Positions 9,427 to 24,003 are shown, counted from the stretch's first letter. The stretch: DNA of 64,000 nt from Candidatus Hydrothermarchaeum profundi (GCA_002011125.2 MTMF02000009.1:440045-504044), one strand, 5' to 3'. Notes: generated from the sequence alone by a model not told the origin. Numbers and translations: made by a program.

Positions 9427-9701
9427 TTTATTTCACCTCCTTGAGCCTCTTTCTGTTGTTATGTTCTTTTTACGTGAATATACTAATAGCGAAAAAAAAG
9501 AGTAAAATATATGTTAAATGTGATAAAAATAACTAAAAATCTCCGGATGTAATTTACAATTTTATTGATTTTTCCATAGAATTAAGTAATTAAAACGTAA
9601 AAAAGAGTTAACAACATATGTAAATTCGTAGTTTTAATTTAGTTAAACTTGTCCCTAAAAGATACGGTTTTTATATTAGTATCTTTAACTATAAGTTCCA
9701 A

Positions 9702-10427
9702 ATGTTTACAGAAAAAATTAAACACAAGGATTTAAGCCAAAATTTAGCTGTTTTAACTTCGGGGGGTAAGGATTCATTATATTCGGCCTATGTAATGTAC
9801 AAAAGAGGTTTCGACATCTCACATTTTCTAACAATCTTCCCAGAAACTGAGGAGAGTTACATGTTTCATTATCCTAATGTCAAACTTACAAAACTTCAAG
9901 CAGAAGCTGTGAGTGTCCAGCATTTTGTATCCTATAGTAAAGGTGAAAAGGAGAAGGAACTCGAAGATCTAAAGTTTCTAATTTCGAAAGTTAAAGGCAA
10001 GGTTTCCGGACTAGTTTCTGGAGCCATAGCCTCTGAATATCAGAAAAAAAGGGTAGACGCAATATGCCGTCTGATAGGTATAAGGTCATACGCTCCGCTT
10101 TGGAATTTAAACCCCAAAAACCTTCTTCATAGCATGCTAAAAGAAAAATTTGAGATAATTATAACCTCTGTGGCAGCTAGTGGGCTTGACGAAAGTTGGC
10201 TTGGAAGAAAAATTGATTCAAAATGTATTAAAGATCTAATAAAACTGAACGAAAAGTTTGGGATACATCTAACAGGCGAAGGAGGAGAATATGAAACTCT
10301 AGTTATTGATATGCCCTTGTTTAGGAAAAAATTAGAAATTATAGATGCAGAGAAAATATGGGAAGAAAATTCCGGAAGTTATATTATAAGAAGGGCAAGA
10401 CTTGTTGAAAAAATTAATATCGAGTGA
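9702..10427 (+). CDS. PP-loop ATPase of the MJ0570 / diphthine-ammonia ligase (diphthamide synthase) family
   Basis: 'LTSGGKDS' PP-loop, 'EGGEYETLV' and a size of about 240 aa. Confidence 0.65.
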   Translation: MFTEKIKHKDLSQNLAVLTSGGKDSLYSAYVMYKRGFDISHFLTIFPETEESYMFHYPNVKLTKLQAEAVSVQHFVSYSKGEKEKELEDLKFLISKVKGKVSGLVSGAIASEYQKKRVDAICRLIGIRSYAPLWNLNPKNLLHSMLKEKFEIIITSVAASGLDESWLGRKIDSKCIKDLIKLNEKFGIHLTGEGGEYETLVIDMPLFRKKLEIIDAEKIWEENSGSYIIRRARLVEKINIE

Positions 10428-12034
10428 GGATGGAAATAATGATAAAAATCGCTATAGCTCAAATTAATCCGACAGTTGGAGACTTGGAGGGAAATACAGA
10501 AAAAATCATTGAGTATATCAGCCTAGCCAAAAGCAAAGGAGCAAATTTAGTTGTATTTCCTGAACTCGCTATCACAGGCTATCCCCCAAAAGACCTCCTA
10601 CTTAAACCCTCATTTATTGAAGACAACCAAAAAAAACTTGATGAAATAATAGAAAACACTCATGGAATAGCTGCTGTTGTTGGTTTTGTAGACGGCCTTC
10701 GTGAGATATATAATGCCGCGGCCCTTATAAAAGATGGAGAGCTTATTGGAGTCCAACACAAGACACACCTTCCTAATTACGATGTCTTTGACGAAAAAAG
10801 ATATTTTACGCCTGCTAAAACTTGCCGTATTTTCGATGTAGAAGGAGTAAAAATAGGTATAAACATCTGCGAAGATATCTGGGTAGAGGATGGCCCTCCC
10901 AAGATTCAATCTAGACTAGGAGCGGAGTTGCTGGTTACTATCAATGCATCTCCATTTCATGCTGGAAAACTTAAAGAAAGAGAGAAACTCATAGCAAAAA
11001 GAGCCAAAGAAAATTGGGTTCCAATAATCTACTGCAATATGGTTGGAGGGCAGGATGACCTTGTTTTCGATGGCGGAAGTTATATTTTTGATAGAGAAGG
11101 CCGGCTCATAGCACGATGTAAACGCTTTGAGGAGGATCTTCTCCTCTGGGAGCCTGAGAGCAAACCTGAAGTGATTCCTGAAGAGGACCCAATGGAAGAG
11201 ATTTTTAATGCACTAGTATTAGGGATACGCGATTATGCTAGAAAAAATGGATTCGATAAAGCAATTATTGGATTGAGCGGTGGTATAGACTCTTCATTAA
11301 CAGCTGCCTTAGCAACAAAAGCCTTAGGTAGTGAAAATGTTATAGGACTGTCTATGCCCAGCAGGATAACATCAAATGAAAGTATGGAAGATGCAATGGA
11401 AGTTGCAAAAAATCTTGGAATAGCCTATAAAGTTGTACCAATTAGCGAGATAATGGACGCATATACTAAAGCCCTCGCAGAGGAATTCAAGGGACTGCCT
11501 GAGGATGTAACAGAAGAAAATCTCCAAGCAAGAATCAGAGGAAATTTGCTTTTGGCGTTTTCTAATAAATTCGGTTATTTAGTGATTTCAACTGGAAATA
11601 AATCAGAATTAGCTGTAGGTTATACCACTCTCTATGGCGATATGGCAGGAGGCTTGGCAGCAATAAGCGATGTCCCTAAGACAATGGTTTATGAACTTGC
11701 TAAATTCATTAATATGAAAGAAGGAAAAGAGCTAATACCCAAGAGAGTAATTGAGAAAGAACCCTCCGCTGAACTTAGAGTCGGCCAAAAAGACGCAGAT
11801 GAGATTCCACCATACGAAGTCCTAGATCCTATACTTCACGCCTATATCGAAGAGAATAAAAGTAAGAGAGAGATTATAGCGATGGGATACGATAGAAAAA
11901 TCGTTGAAGATATAATTTGGAGAGTTGATCACAATGAATATAAAAGAAAACAAGCCCCAATTGGGATAAAAGTGACAACAAAAGCTTTCGGGTTTGGAAG
12001 GAGAATGCCAATTACAAACAAATATGGAGGATGA
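10424..12034 (+). CDS. nadE: Glutamine-dependent NAD+ synthetase (N-terminal nitrilase/CN-hydrolase domain fused to NAD synthetase)
   Basis: 'VVFPELAITGY' and 'INICEDIW' (CN hydrolase E/C residues); 'GLSGGIDSS' PP-loop; 'STGNKSELAVGYTTLYGD'. Possible starts are GTG 10424, ATG 10430 or ATG 10439. Confidence 0.85.
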   Translation: MRMEIMIKIAIAQINPTVGDLEGNTEKIIEYISLAKSKGANLVVFPELAITGYPPKDLLLKPSFIEDNQKKLDEIIENTHGIAAVVGFVDGLREIYNAAALIKDGELIGVQHKTHLPNYDVFDEKRYFTPAKTCRIFDVEGVKIGINICEDIWVEDGPPKIQSRLGAELLVTINASPFHAGKLKEREKLIAKRAKENWVPIIYCNMVGGQDDLVFDGGSYIFDREGRLIARCKRFEEDLLLWEPESKPEVIPEEDPMEEIFNALVLGIRDYARKNGFDKAIIGLSGGIDSSLTAALATKALGSENVIGLSMPSRITSNESMEDAMEVAKNLGIAYKVVPISEIMDAYTKALAEEFKGLPEDVTEENLQARIRGNLLLAFSNKFGYLVISTGNKSELAVGYTTLYGDMAGGLAAISDVPKTMVYELAKFINMKEGKELIPKRVIEKEPSAELRVGQKDADEIPPYEVLDPILHAYIEENKSKREIIAMGYDRKIVEDIIWRVDHNEYKRKQAPIGIKVTTKAFGFGRRMPITNKYGG

Positions 12035-12037
12035 GGA

Positions 12038-12901
12038 ATGAAGATAAGTATCATTGGAGCAGGAAGAGTAGGATCACAAATAGCATTTGTGTTGATGGAA
12101 CGTGGCCTATGTGATGAAATTGTTATAATCGATATCATAAAGGATCGAGCGCAAGGGGAAGCTCTCGACCTTTTACATTGCTCATCAGAAATTGATAAAA
12201 AAATAAAAATCTCTGGTGGAGATGATTATTCATTGGTCAACGGCTCTGAGATTATTATAATTACAGCAGGCGTAGCACGTAAACCTGGAGATACTCGGTT
12301 GGACCTAGCTAAAAAGAATTCTCAGATAATGCAAGATATCGTAAGAAGACTTCCAAAAGAGGGGCTGATCTTAGTAGTCTCTAATCCTGTGGACGTGATG
12401 ACCTATCAAGTACTTAAGAGTACCAATAAAGATAAAACTGAGGTATTTGGACTTGGAACGATGCTTGATACCATGAGATTACGGTCATTACTCTTAGAGA
12501 AATATGGAAAATGTGATGAAGTATATATAATTGGAGAACACGGTGACAGCATGATTCCAGTATTCGGAAAACTTGCAGAAAGAGGTAATATGAATGAATT
12601 GAAATCAGTCTTTGAGAATGTAAGAAAAGGAGCAGCAGAAGTAATTAAGCTTAAAGGTGCTACCGTGTTCGCCCCTGCCGTTGCTGTCGCCAAAGTAGTG
12701 CAGAGCGTGGTTAGAGATGAAAGAAAGATATTACCTATCTCAGCTCTGCGAGAGGAGTATGGGGTATGTATAAGTCTGCCTACCATAATAGGTAAGAAGG
12801 GTGCTAACTTTATAGATTTCGAGCTAAATGAAGAAGAAAAAGACGGATTATTAAAGTCAGTAGAAGTTCTAAAAAAAGCAAAAGAACAACTACATCTTTA
12901 G
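12038..12901 (+). CDS. mdh: Malate/L-lactate dehydrogenase family (LDH-like MDH)
   Basis: 'MKISIIGAGRVGS' Rossmann motif, 'ITAGVARKPGDTRLDL', 'VSNPVD' and 'GEHGDS'. Confidence 0.8.
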   Translation: MKISIIGAGRVGSQIAFVLMERGLCDEIVIIDIIKDRAQGEALDLLHCSSEIDKKIKISGGDDYSLVNGSEIIIITAGVARKPGDTRLDLAKKNSQIMQDIVRRLPKEGLILVVSNPVDVMTYQVLKSTNKDKTEVFGLGTMLDTMRLRSLLLEKYGKCDEVYIIGEHGDSMIPVFGKLAERGNMNELKSVFENVRKGAAEVIKLKGATVFAPAVAVAKVVQSVVRDERKILPISALREEYGVCISLPTIIGKKGANFIDFELNEEEKDGLLKSVEVLKKAKEQLHL

Positions 12902-13618
12902 TACTCTAGCAATATTTTTCCAGAGTATAAGCTCTTTAACATCCTTATTTAACTCTATTTCCTCAAATTTTTCTATGAGTTCTTTTCTCATATTAGAGTA
13001 AGGAGAATCAGATCCCGCAATTATTCTCCTTGGTCCAAGCCTCACTAAGGCCTCTTTTATCTTGTTAAGGTTCCACGCTTTCACCGTACCTAAGTATAGG
13101 TTTTTATGCTCTTCACACACCTCTATGAAATTCTCTCCACGCATATGAGCTAGGATAATAATGGCGTCAGGGACTTCCCCAGCAAGTTTACCTATACCTT
13201 CATTAGGAGATTCCTTTTTCCCATTATCGAAAACTACAGGTACACCGTGCTCAGCAGCTTTTTTTATTACTTCTAAAACATAGGGATGATCTAGAGTAAA
13301 TGCCTGAGCCGTAGGATGTAACTTAACTCCTTTTAACCCTAATTCATTAATGCTTCTTTCTAGTTCTTCTAAGGTCTTTTCTTCAAAATTAGGATCCAAT
13401 CTACAAAAGCCTATAAGATGCTCAGGATATTTTTCAACTGCGGAGGAAACTGCGTTATTAGCTTTAGAAAAAGAAATACCAGGATCTATATCATTAAAAG
13501 GGAATACAATGGCTTTATCTACACCAATATCCTCCATAGAATTAACTAATTCCTCAGGAGTCAAAGTAGCCCCGTCTTTGTCGGGCCCTCCCATATGAAC
13601 ATGAGAATCAATTATCAT
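12890..13618 (-). CDS. Metal-dependent amidohydrolase (TIM-barrel) family protein
   Basis: 'IIDSHVHMG' H-x-H motif, 'GVKLHP', 'ILAHMRG', 'GSDSP'. A 12-nt convergent overlap with mdh. Confidence 0.6.
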   Translation of the reverse strand: MIIDSHVHMGGPDKDGATLTPEELVNSMEDIGVDKAIVFPFNDIDPGISFSKANNAVSSAVEKYPEHLIGFCRLDPNFEEKTLEELERSINELGLKGVKLHPTAQAFTLDHPYVLEVIKKAAEHGVPVVFDNGKKESPNEGIGKLAGEVPDAIIILAHMRGENFIEVCEEHKNLYLGTVKAWNLNKIKEALVRLGPRRIIAGSDSPYSNMRKELIEKFEEIELNKDVKELILWKNIARVLKM

Positions 13619-13661
13619 AGAATAAAAAGGAATATGACAATAAGGTTATATATTTTTCTAG

Positions 13662-15038
13662 TCACAATTGCCTAATTTCATTTAATAGCCGGGTACATAC
13701 TTCACGAGCATCCCCAAAAAGCATCATTGTATTCTTTTTATAAAATAACTCATTATCTATTCCTGCGTATCCCGGGTTGAGGCTACGCTTTATTACAATA
13801 ATATTATGAGCTTTGTCTACATCTAAGATAGGCATACCATACAGAGGGCTATTAACATCGTGACGAGCTACAGGATTTACAATATCATTTGCACCAACAA
13901 CTAAAACAACATCAGTTCTACTAAACTCAGGGTTAATTTCCTCCATGCTATACATTTTATCATAGGGGACCTCTGCTTCAGCAAGCAAAACATTCATATG
14001 CCCCGGCATTCTCCCAGCAACTGGATGAATTGCAAACTTAACTTCTACTCCTCGTTTCTCAAGCTGTTCAGCGATCTCGCTTACCACATGCTGTGCTCTC
14101 GCTGCAGCCATACCATACCCTGGAACTATAACTAGAGAACGAGCATACACTAACATAGTTGCTGCTTCCTCAATTCCAATTGAGTTAACGTTCTTTTCTT
14201 CAGATTTAAAAGATACTCCTCTATCTTCAAAAACACCAAACAATATATTTTTTAATGAACGATTCATCGCTTTACTCATAATCCTTGTGAGTATAATACC
14301 TGAAGCTCCAACAAGTGCGCCTGAGATAATTAAAATATTATTCATAATTACAAACCCGGTCGCAGAAGCTGCGATCCCTGAAAAAGAATTCAGGAGAGCT
14401 ATCGCTACTGGCATATCAGCTCCTCCTATCGGAATTACGAATAATATACCTAAAACTAATGAAAGCCCGATGAGAAAAAGAAATATTAATGGTTCTCTGC
14501 GAAGCATGATAAGATATCCTGACCCAATGAGAAAAGATAAGAATAATGATACGCTAAAATACTGGTGAAGAGGGATTTTTATTGGTTTCAATGAAATTAT
14601 TTTTTGTAATTTTCCAAATGCGATCATACTACCTGAAAAGGTAATCCCGCCTATAAATAGCCCGAGTACTATAGTGACTAACATATAAGGAGGTATAAAA
14701 TCCTCCTTGGACATCCAAAACTCTCCAACTGAGATAATTGCAGACGCTCCTCCCCCAAAACCATTAAAAAGTCCTACCATTTGAGGCATTGCAGTCATTT
14801 TCACTTTCTTAGCTGCAATTGCCCCCAGAATAGATCCTATAATTAGTCCAAGTAAAATAATTTGATAATCTATTATAGACTTATTTAAAAGTGTTACTAC
14901 TATAGCAATAAACATTCCGGTAGAGGCACGTAAGTTGCCTCTGCGAGCAGTTATTGGAGAACCTAAGTCATGTAAACCGATAATGAATAGCGAGGCAGAA
15001 ACAAGGTATGCTATCTCTACTAATGCTTGAACGTTCAT
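13662..15038 (-). CDS. pntB: NAD(P) transhydrogenase subunit beta
   Basis: Polytopic N-terminal half plus the dIII domain: 'VPGYGMAAARAQH', 'FAIHPVAGRMPGHMNVLLAEA', 'VVGANDIVNP'. Confidence 0.85.
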   Translation of the reverse strand: MNVQALVEIAYLVSASLFIIGLHDLGSPITARRGNLRASTGMFIAIVVTLLNKSIIDYQIILLGLIIGSILGAIAAKKVKMTAMPQMVGLFNGFGGGASAIISVGEFWMSKEDFIPPYMLVTIVLGLFIGGITFSGSMIAFGKLQKIISLKPIKIPLHQYFSVSLFLSFLIGSGYLIMLRREPLIFLFLIGLSLVLGILFVIPIGGADMPVAIALLNSFSGIAASATGFVIMNNILIISGALVGASGIILTRIMSKAMNRSLKNILFGVFEDRGVSFKSEEKNVNSIGIEEAATMLVYARSLVIVPGYGMAAARAQHVVSEIAEQLEKRGVEVKFAIHPVAGRMPGHMNVLLAEAEVPYDKMYSMEEINPEFSRTDVVLVVGANDIVNPVARHDVNSPLYGMPILDVDKAHNIIVIKRSLNPGYAGIDNELFYKKNTMMLFGDAREVCTRLLNEIRQL

Positions 15039-15322
15039 TCCCTTCCCCTTTTGAACATTTTAAGCATACGGTCTGTAACCAAGAATCCTCCTACTACATT
15101 TATAGTTGCAAGTATTATAGCTAATAGCCCTAATATCTTCAAAGCTCCTTTTTCCTGAGAACCCGCCGTTACTAGAGCTCCTATTAATACTATCCCAGAG
15201 ATAGCATTTGCACCTGACATAAGGGGAGTATGGAGCGTAGGAGGAACCTTTCTAATAACTTCAAATCCAACAAATATTGCCAAAATAAAAATATACAAGC
15301 CTGTTATTATTGCATCAACCAT
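15035..15322 (-). CDS. pntAB: NAD(P) transhydrogenase subunit alpha, part 2 (membrane)
   Basis: 95 aa with 3 TM helices, 'PLHTPLMSGANAISG', and translational coupling to pntB through a 4-nt overlap. Confidence 0.8.
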   Translation of the reverse strand: MVDAIITGLYIFILAIFVGFEVIRKVPPTLHTPLMSGANAISGIVLIGALVTAGSQEKGALKILGLLAIILATINVVGGFLVTDRMLKMFKRGRE

Positions 15323-15335
15323 TTAGTCGCTTCAC

Positions 15336-16472
15336 CTACTGAACTTCGCCTAACTTTCTTAGAACTTCCTCATTCCTAATCACGCCGTTGTATACAATGC
15401 AAGACCTATTTATTATTTCATCAGCAAAGTCTATTCTTAATTTGCCATCCCTTACTATATATTGTAAAAAGGAAGATATGTTATTTGAGTACATTTCACT
15501 AGCATGAACTTGCATTGAGGAAGGTAAATTAATAGCTCCTATGATTTTGACTCCATTATAAACTACCTCTTTTCCAGCTATAGTTAACTCGCAATTACCG
15601 CCTCGTTCTGCAGCCAAATCTACTATCACCGATCCGGGCTTCATCTTTTTAACCATGTCTTTTGTTATAAGCACTGGCGCTTTTTTCCCATAAACCGAAG
15701 CAGTCGTTATTATGACATCGTACATTTCTATATATTGAGCTAATATCTCTTGTTCACGAATTTTAGTCTCTTCAGAGACCTCCTTTATATAACCCTCTTC
15801 ATCAGAATTTTCTTTAACTATAGTTATTTCTAAGAACTTTGCTCCAACGCTTTCGACTTCCTCTTTTACTTCAGGCCTTACATCAAAAGCCTCTACAACA
15901 GCCCCTAAACGCTTAGCTGTTGCTATCGCCTGTAGGCCTGCAACACCTGCTCCTATGACCAAAACTTTAATAGGCACAGTAGTTCCTGCCGCTGTTATCA
16001 TCATGGGAAAAAGCTTTCCAATCGAATCTGCTGCAATTATAACGGACTTGTATCCTGCTAGATTAGCTTGCGATGTTAAAGCATCCATATTTTGGGCTCT
16101 ACTTATTCTTGGTATCATATCCATGCTAAAAGTGTTAATATTCCTAGATGCCAAAAGCTTGACCAATTTTAGATTTACAAAGGGATCAATAAAACCTATA
16201 ATAGTAGAACCGGACCGAAGCGTTTCTATTTCCTTCTGCCTAGGGGGTCTAATCTTTAGTATAATATCAGATTCCCCCCAGATTTTTTTTACATCAGAAA
16301 TGATTTGAGCGCCCATCTCAACATACTGATAGTCATAAAAAAATGATTTTTCTCCAGCCCCTGATTCTACCCATACCTTGAATCTTTTTTTTAAAAGTTT
16401 GCTTACCGCTGATGGAACCAAAGCAACTCTATTTTCTCCGGGATCTACTTCTTTTGGAACCGCTATAATCAT
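15336..16472 (-). CDS. pntAA: NAD(P) transhydrogenase subunit alpha, part 1 (alanine-dehydrogenase-like dI)
   Basis: 'PKEVDPGENRVALVP', 'VIGAGVAGLQAIATAKRLGA' and 'VDLAAERGGN'. Confidence 0.85.
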   Translation of the reverse strand: MIIAVPKEVDPGENRVALVPSAVSKLLKKRFKVWVESGAGEKSFFYDYQYVEMGAQIISDVKKIWGESDIILKIRPPRQKEIETLRSGSTIIGFIDPFVNLKLVKLLASRNINTFSMDMIPRISRAQNMDALTSQANLAGYKSVIIAADSIGKLFPMMITAAGTTVPIKVLVIGAGVAGLQAIATAKRLGAVVEAFDVRPEVKEEVESVGAKFLEITIVKENSDEEGYIKEVSEETKIREQEILAQYIEMYDVIITTASVYGKKAPVLITKDMVKKMKPGSVIVDLAAERGGNCELTIAGKEVVYNGVKIIGAINLPSSMQVHASEMYSNNISSFLQYIVRDGKLRIDFADEIINRSCIVYNGVIRNEEVLRKLGEVQ

Positions 16473-16553
16473 TTTATTTCACCTTATATTCAAAATATTC
16501 TTAGGATGTATAAAAAAATTCATAAAAAATTTGAAATACCCTCGCGATAAAAT

Positions 16554-17824
16554 ATGGCTATGAAATTTGAAAAATTAGAACCTCCAAGCGATGGTAAAAG
16601 AATAAGAGTTAAGAAAGGTAAACTCATCGTCCCTGATAACCCAATAATACCAGTAATTTATGGTGACGGCATAGGTCCTGAAGTAGTAGAAGTTGCTATT
16701 AATGTTCTTTCAGCGGCCGTAGATCACGCTTATCAAGGAAATAAAAAGATAAAATGGCTTGAAGTATTTGCAGGGAATAGGGCTAAAGAACTTTATGGAG
16801 AACTATTACCAGAAGAAACATTAAAGGCCATAAAGCACTATTGTGTAGCTTTGAAGGGTCCTTTAACAACCCCTATAGGAGGAGGTTTTAGAAGTCTAAA
16901 TGTTACATTACGTCAGACGTTAGATCTTTATGCCTGTGTGAGACCTGTCTATTATCTAGAAGGGGTTCCTAGCCCAGTAAAACATCCTGAAAAAATGAAT
17001 ATAGTTATTTTTAGGGAAAATACTGAGGATGTTTACGCTGGTATTGAGTGGAAGAAAGATAGTGAAGATGCAAAAAAAATTATAGAGTTCTTATACCAAG
17101 AATTTGGAATAAGAATTAGGGAAGACTCTGGTATAGGAGTGAAACCGATCAGCGAGTTTGGAACAAAGAGGCTGGTAAGAAAAGCTATTCAATATGCTAT
17201 AGATATGAGGAGGAAAAGTGTGACCCTTGTTCACAAAGGGAATATCATGAAATATACAGAAGGTGCTTTTAGGGACTGGGGATATGAAGTTGCGAAAGAT
17301 GAATTTGACGACAGGATTATTACCGAACAAGAACTGTGGGAGAAATACGATGGAAAACAGCCTGAAGAAAAGATTGTAATAAAAGATAGACTTGCTGATA
17401 ACATGTTCCAACAAATTCTTACTAGGACTGAGGAATATGATGTATTAGCGATGCCAAATTTGAATGGAGATTACTTTAGTGATGCCGCTGCAGCTCAGGT
17501 GGGAGGCCTTGGAGTAGCCCCTGGGGGAAATATTGGGGACTACATTGGTATATTCGAAGCTACACATGGCACTGCCCCAAAATATGCTGGACTTAATAAA
17601 GTAAATCCAATATCAATTATACTATCTGGAGTAATGATGCTTGAATATATAGGATGGAACGAAGCAGCCAAACTAATAGTTAAAGGAATTAAAAAAACGG
17701 TTAAACAGAAATTAGTAACCTACGACCTCGCAAGACAGATGAAAGATGCAACCGAAGTTAAAACTGCAGAATTCGGTAATTATGTAATAAAAAATATAAA
17801 AGAGACAAAACTTTTTAAGAGAAT

Positions 17825-17828
<4 letters not shown>
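16554..17828 (+). CDS. icd: Isocitrate dehydrogenase (prokaryotic homodimeric, NADP-type)
   Basis: '[16 protein letters not shown]', '[23 protein letters not shown]', 'NLNGDYFSD' and '[13 protein letters not shown]'. 424 aa. Confidence 0.85.
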
Positions 17829-21193
<3,365 letters not shown>

Positions 21194-21227
21194 AGTGATA
21201 ACATAAAAAAAAATTGAGATAATTATT

Positions 21228-21701
21228 TTAAATCCTTATACCGTGTTCTTCTTTCACTGTATTAAGCACTATCATCGTATATGTTCTTTTAACATGTTTA
21301 GTTGCTAGAATTTTTTTTACAAAATCATTTAGAGAAGAGCGGCTTTTAAATTTGGCAACTATCATAGCATCATACTCCCCTGTCACATCATAGACCGCCG
21401 TAGCATTCGGCTCTTTCGCGATTTGCTCTTCTATCTCCGGGAGATGACCACCTTCAACCATTACCCCTATTAGTGCTACAATATCGTATCCCAGCTTAGA
21501 ATAATCTATGTCTGGAATAAATCCTCTTATAACTTTATTCTCTTTAAGCTTGCTTACTCTGTTATATACTGTGCCCTCAGCAACTCCAAGCTTCTCGGCT
21601 ATCTCACGATAGCTTTTTCTAGCATCAGCTTGAAGTTCTCTAATTATTTTTAAATCCAACTCGTCGATTTTTACCATGGACTTGAAATGTCCTCTGCCCA
21701 T
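21228..21701 (-). CDS. Lrp/AsnC family transcriptional regulator
   Basis: 'DLKIIRELQADARKSYREIAEKLGVAEGTVYNRVSKLKENKVI' plus a RAM-like C-terminal half. The start may be the second Met (MVKIDELD). Confidence 0.8.
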   Translation of the reverse strand: MGRGHFKSMVKIDELDLKIIRELQADARKSYREIAEKLGVAEGTVYNRVSKLKENKVIRGFIPDIDYSKLGYDIVALIGVMVEGGHLPEIEEQIAKEPNATAVYDVTGEYDAMIVAKFKSRSSLNDFVKKILATKHVKRTYTMIVLNTVKEEHGIRI

Positions 21702-21722
21702 TATTAATTTTTTCTAAAGAGT

Positions 21723-22286
21723 CTATTTTATTGCTTTTACTCTTAACTTCGCAAAATCTTCTTTTATTTCAACTTTATACCCCATACTAGGGAGTACTAC
21801 CTCCAAAAAGGTTTTAACAAATCTTTTTGTAAGATCAGAAAATAAGATAAGCGTGAATTCATTTTCTGAGGCTTTGTTTAACTTAAAAAAATTGCATGCC
21901 TCAAGTCTTTTAAGAACACCCTCTGCCGTGGGCACCTGCGATGAAAATTGCTCAGAATGAGATTTAGCTACTTTTAAGTGATCTTCCCAAAATTTTTCTT
22001 TATCGGGAGAAGATTCTATAAATTTTAAGAATAGGAGAAAATGATCTACATCAAGAATTATATGTTCCCCGCTGGATAACATATCAACATAAATTTTAAT
22101 TCTTTCGCTTCCAAATTCGTCAACAATTTTCTTATTCTCGCTGTAAAATCTGAGAGCCCTTCTAAAAACTCCACTCTGGGAGAGCTTCATATCTCTCCTT
22201 AACTTTTCAAGAAGAGACATTGTTTCTGAGTCTAAAGATATTGTGATTCTAGTTGGAACCCTCATTGGAATAATAGTTGTTACCAA
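21723..22286 (-). CDS. Ribbon-helix-helix (CopG-like) DNA-binding protein with an uncharacterised C-terminal domain of about 140 aa
   Basis: N-terminal 'RITISLDSETMSLLEKLRRDMKLSQSGVFRRALRFY' fits the RHH beta-alpha-alpha pattern. I do not recognise the remainder. Confidence 0.5.
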   Translation of the reverse strand: MVTTIIPMRVPTRITISLDSETMSLLEKLRRDMKLSQSGVFRRALRFYSENKKIVDEFGSERIKIYVDMLSSGEHIILDVDHFLLFLKFIESSPDKEKFWEDHLKVAKSHSEQFSSQVPTAEGVLKRLEACNFFKLNKASENEFTLILFSDLTKRFVKTFLEVVLPSMGYKVEIKEDFAKLRVKAIK

Positions 22287-22588
22287 ATAGTATAAATTTC
22301 ATTCTATTCAGAGCTAATTTGAAGAAAATACTATTATTACTGATTTAATTGACATTTCTATTTCAAAATAATTAAAATTTCTTTGACGTAGATGGTCTTG
22401 AGAATCAAGTAATAGAATAAAGGTTTATTCTACGCCGAAAAAATGACACGTTCAAAGAATGAGTGAGTATAATCAAAGGATTTCTGAACATTTCATAATT
22501 TTTCTTAAAAAGTTTTATATATGTCTTCAATTTTTTCTACAATGTTTTGTGGTTTCATAAATATTCCACATGTGTGAGGTGAATATGT

Positions 22589-23962
22589 ATGGCGCGAATA
22601 AAAAGCGGATATTCTGATGAAGAAAAACAAAATGCTTTAGAATGTGCTAAAAAAGAGGACGTAAAATTTGTAAGACTACAGTTTACCGACATTAAGGGTA
22701 CGTTAAAAAGCACTGCAATTCTAGTTAACGACCTTGAAGACGTATTAGATAATGGGCAAGGCTTTGATGGCTCTTCTATTTTAGGATACACGCCAATACA
22801 TGAGTCTGATATGCTGTTAGTGCCTGACCCAAATACCTTCTCAATACTTCCTTGGAGACCCTCCCCTAAAAGAGTGGCAAGACTTATATGTGACGTATAT
22901 CATCCTGACGGCAGACGATTCGAAGGAGACCCACGCTATGTAGCTCAAAGAGCTCTCGAAGAAGCTAAGAAAATGGGGTATATCTTTAACTGTGGTCCAG
23001 AACTGGAGTTTTTCCTATTCAAAAAGGAATTTAACCCTGCATTTGGTCCAGAAACCGTGGATCATGGAGGCTACTTTGACTTCCATCCACTAGACCTTGC
23101 TGAAGACATCCGTAGAGAGATGGTTTTCGACTTAGAAAAATTTGGAATAAGAGTTGAGATGAGTCACCATGAAGTCTCTCCAAGTCAATATGAAGTAGAT
23201 TTTCAATATGATAATCTTGTCAAAACGGCGGATAATGTAGTAACATATAAAATGGTAGCGAAAACGATAGCCCATCTTAACAACTACATAGCAACGTTTA
23301 TGCCGAAACCTATCTATGGAATCAATGGGTCTGGAATGCATACTCACCAGAGCTTATGGGATATTAAAGAAAATAGAAACGCCTTTTATGATCCTGAAAG
23401 AAAGAGAGCAGATGCTATGTCTGATATTTTTCTATATTTCATTGGAGGTTTATTAAATCATGCTAAAGCTCTTTCAGCAATAGTTGCTCCAACTGTAAAC
23501 TCATATAAAAGGCTAGTACCAGGATATGAAGCTCCCGTATACATTTCATGGGCTCATAAAAACAGGTCAGCTCTAATACGGGTGCCAGAATATTTCCCAG
23601 GCATGGAAAAAGCTATGAGAGCAGAGTTCAGGTGTCCAGATCCAAGTTGCAATCCATATCTGGCATTCGCTGCCATGTGCGCTGCCGGACTTGATGGAAT
23701 AAGGAAAAAAATTACGCCTCCTGATCCTGTAGAAGCAGATATATTCGAAATGAGTCCCAAGGAAAAAGCAGAACGCGGTATAGAATCATTACCAAGCACT
23801 CTTAAGGAGGCTCTTAACGAGCTGGAAAATGACAAAGTAATTCAGAAAGCCCTAGGAAACCACGTATATACAAATTATATGAAAATTAAAAATCAGGAAT
23901 GGGATGAATATAGAATGTCTGTATCTCAATGGGAACTTGAAAAATATCTAAAGTTCTGTTAA
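22589..23962 (+). CDS. glnA: Glutamine synthetase, type I
   Basis: 'VRLQFTDIKGTLK', 'GFDGSSI', 'GPELEFFLF', 'HHEVSPSQYEVDF', 'NGSGMHTHQS', 'NSYKRLVPGYEAP' and 'RAEFRCPDPSCNPYLAFA'. Confidence 0.95.
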   Translation: MARIKSGYSDEEKQNALECAKKEDVKFVRLQFTDIKGTLKSTAILVNDLEDVLDNGQGFDGSSILGYTPIHESDMLLVPDPNTFSILPWRPSPKRVARLICDVYHPDGRRFEGDPRYVAQRALEEAKKMGYIFNCGPELEFFLFKKEFNPAFGPETVDHGGYFDFHPLDLAEDIRREMVFDLEKFGIRVEMSHHEVSPSQYEVDFQYDNLVKTADNVVTYKMVAKTIAHLNNYIATFMPKPIYGINGSGMHTHQSLWDIKENRNAFYDPERKRADAMSDIFLYFIGGLLNHAKALSAIVAPTVNSYKRLVPGYEAPVYISWAHKNRSALIRVPEYFPGMEKAMRAEFRCPDPSCNPYLAFAAMCAAGLDGIRKKITPPDPVEADIFEMSPKEKAERGIESLPSTLKEALNELENDKVIQKALGNHVYTNYMKIKNQEWDEYRMSVSQWELEKYLKFC

Positions 23963-23972
23963 AATGTATATC

Positions 23973-24003
23973 AGGGGTGCCATAGTGGTCTCCCCTCTTT
24001 TTT
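23973..24003 (+). terminator. Short hairpin (AGGGG...CCCCT) followed by a T-run after glnA
   Basis: Read directly: aggggtgccatagtggtctcccct + cttttttt. Confidence 0.35.
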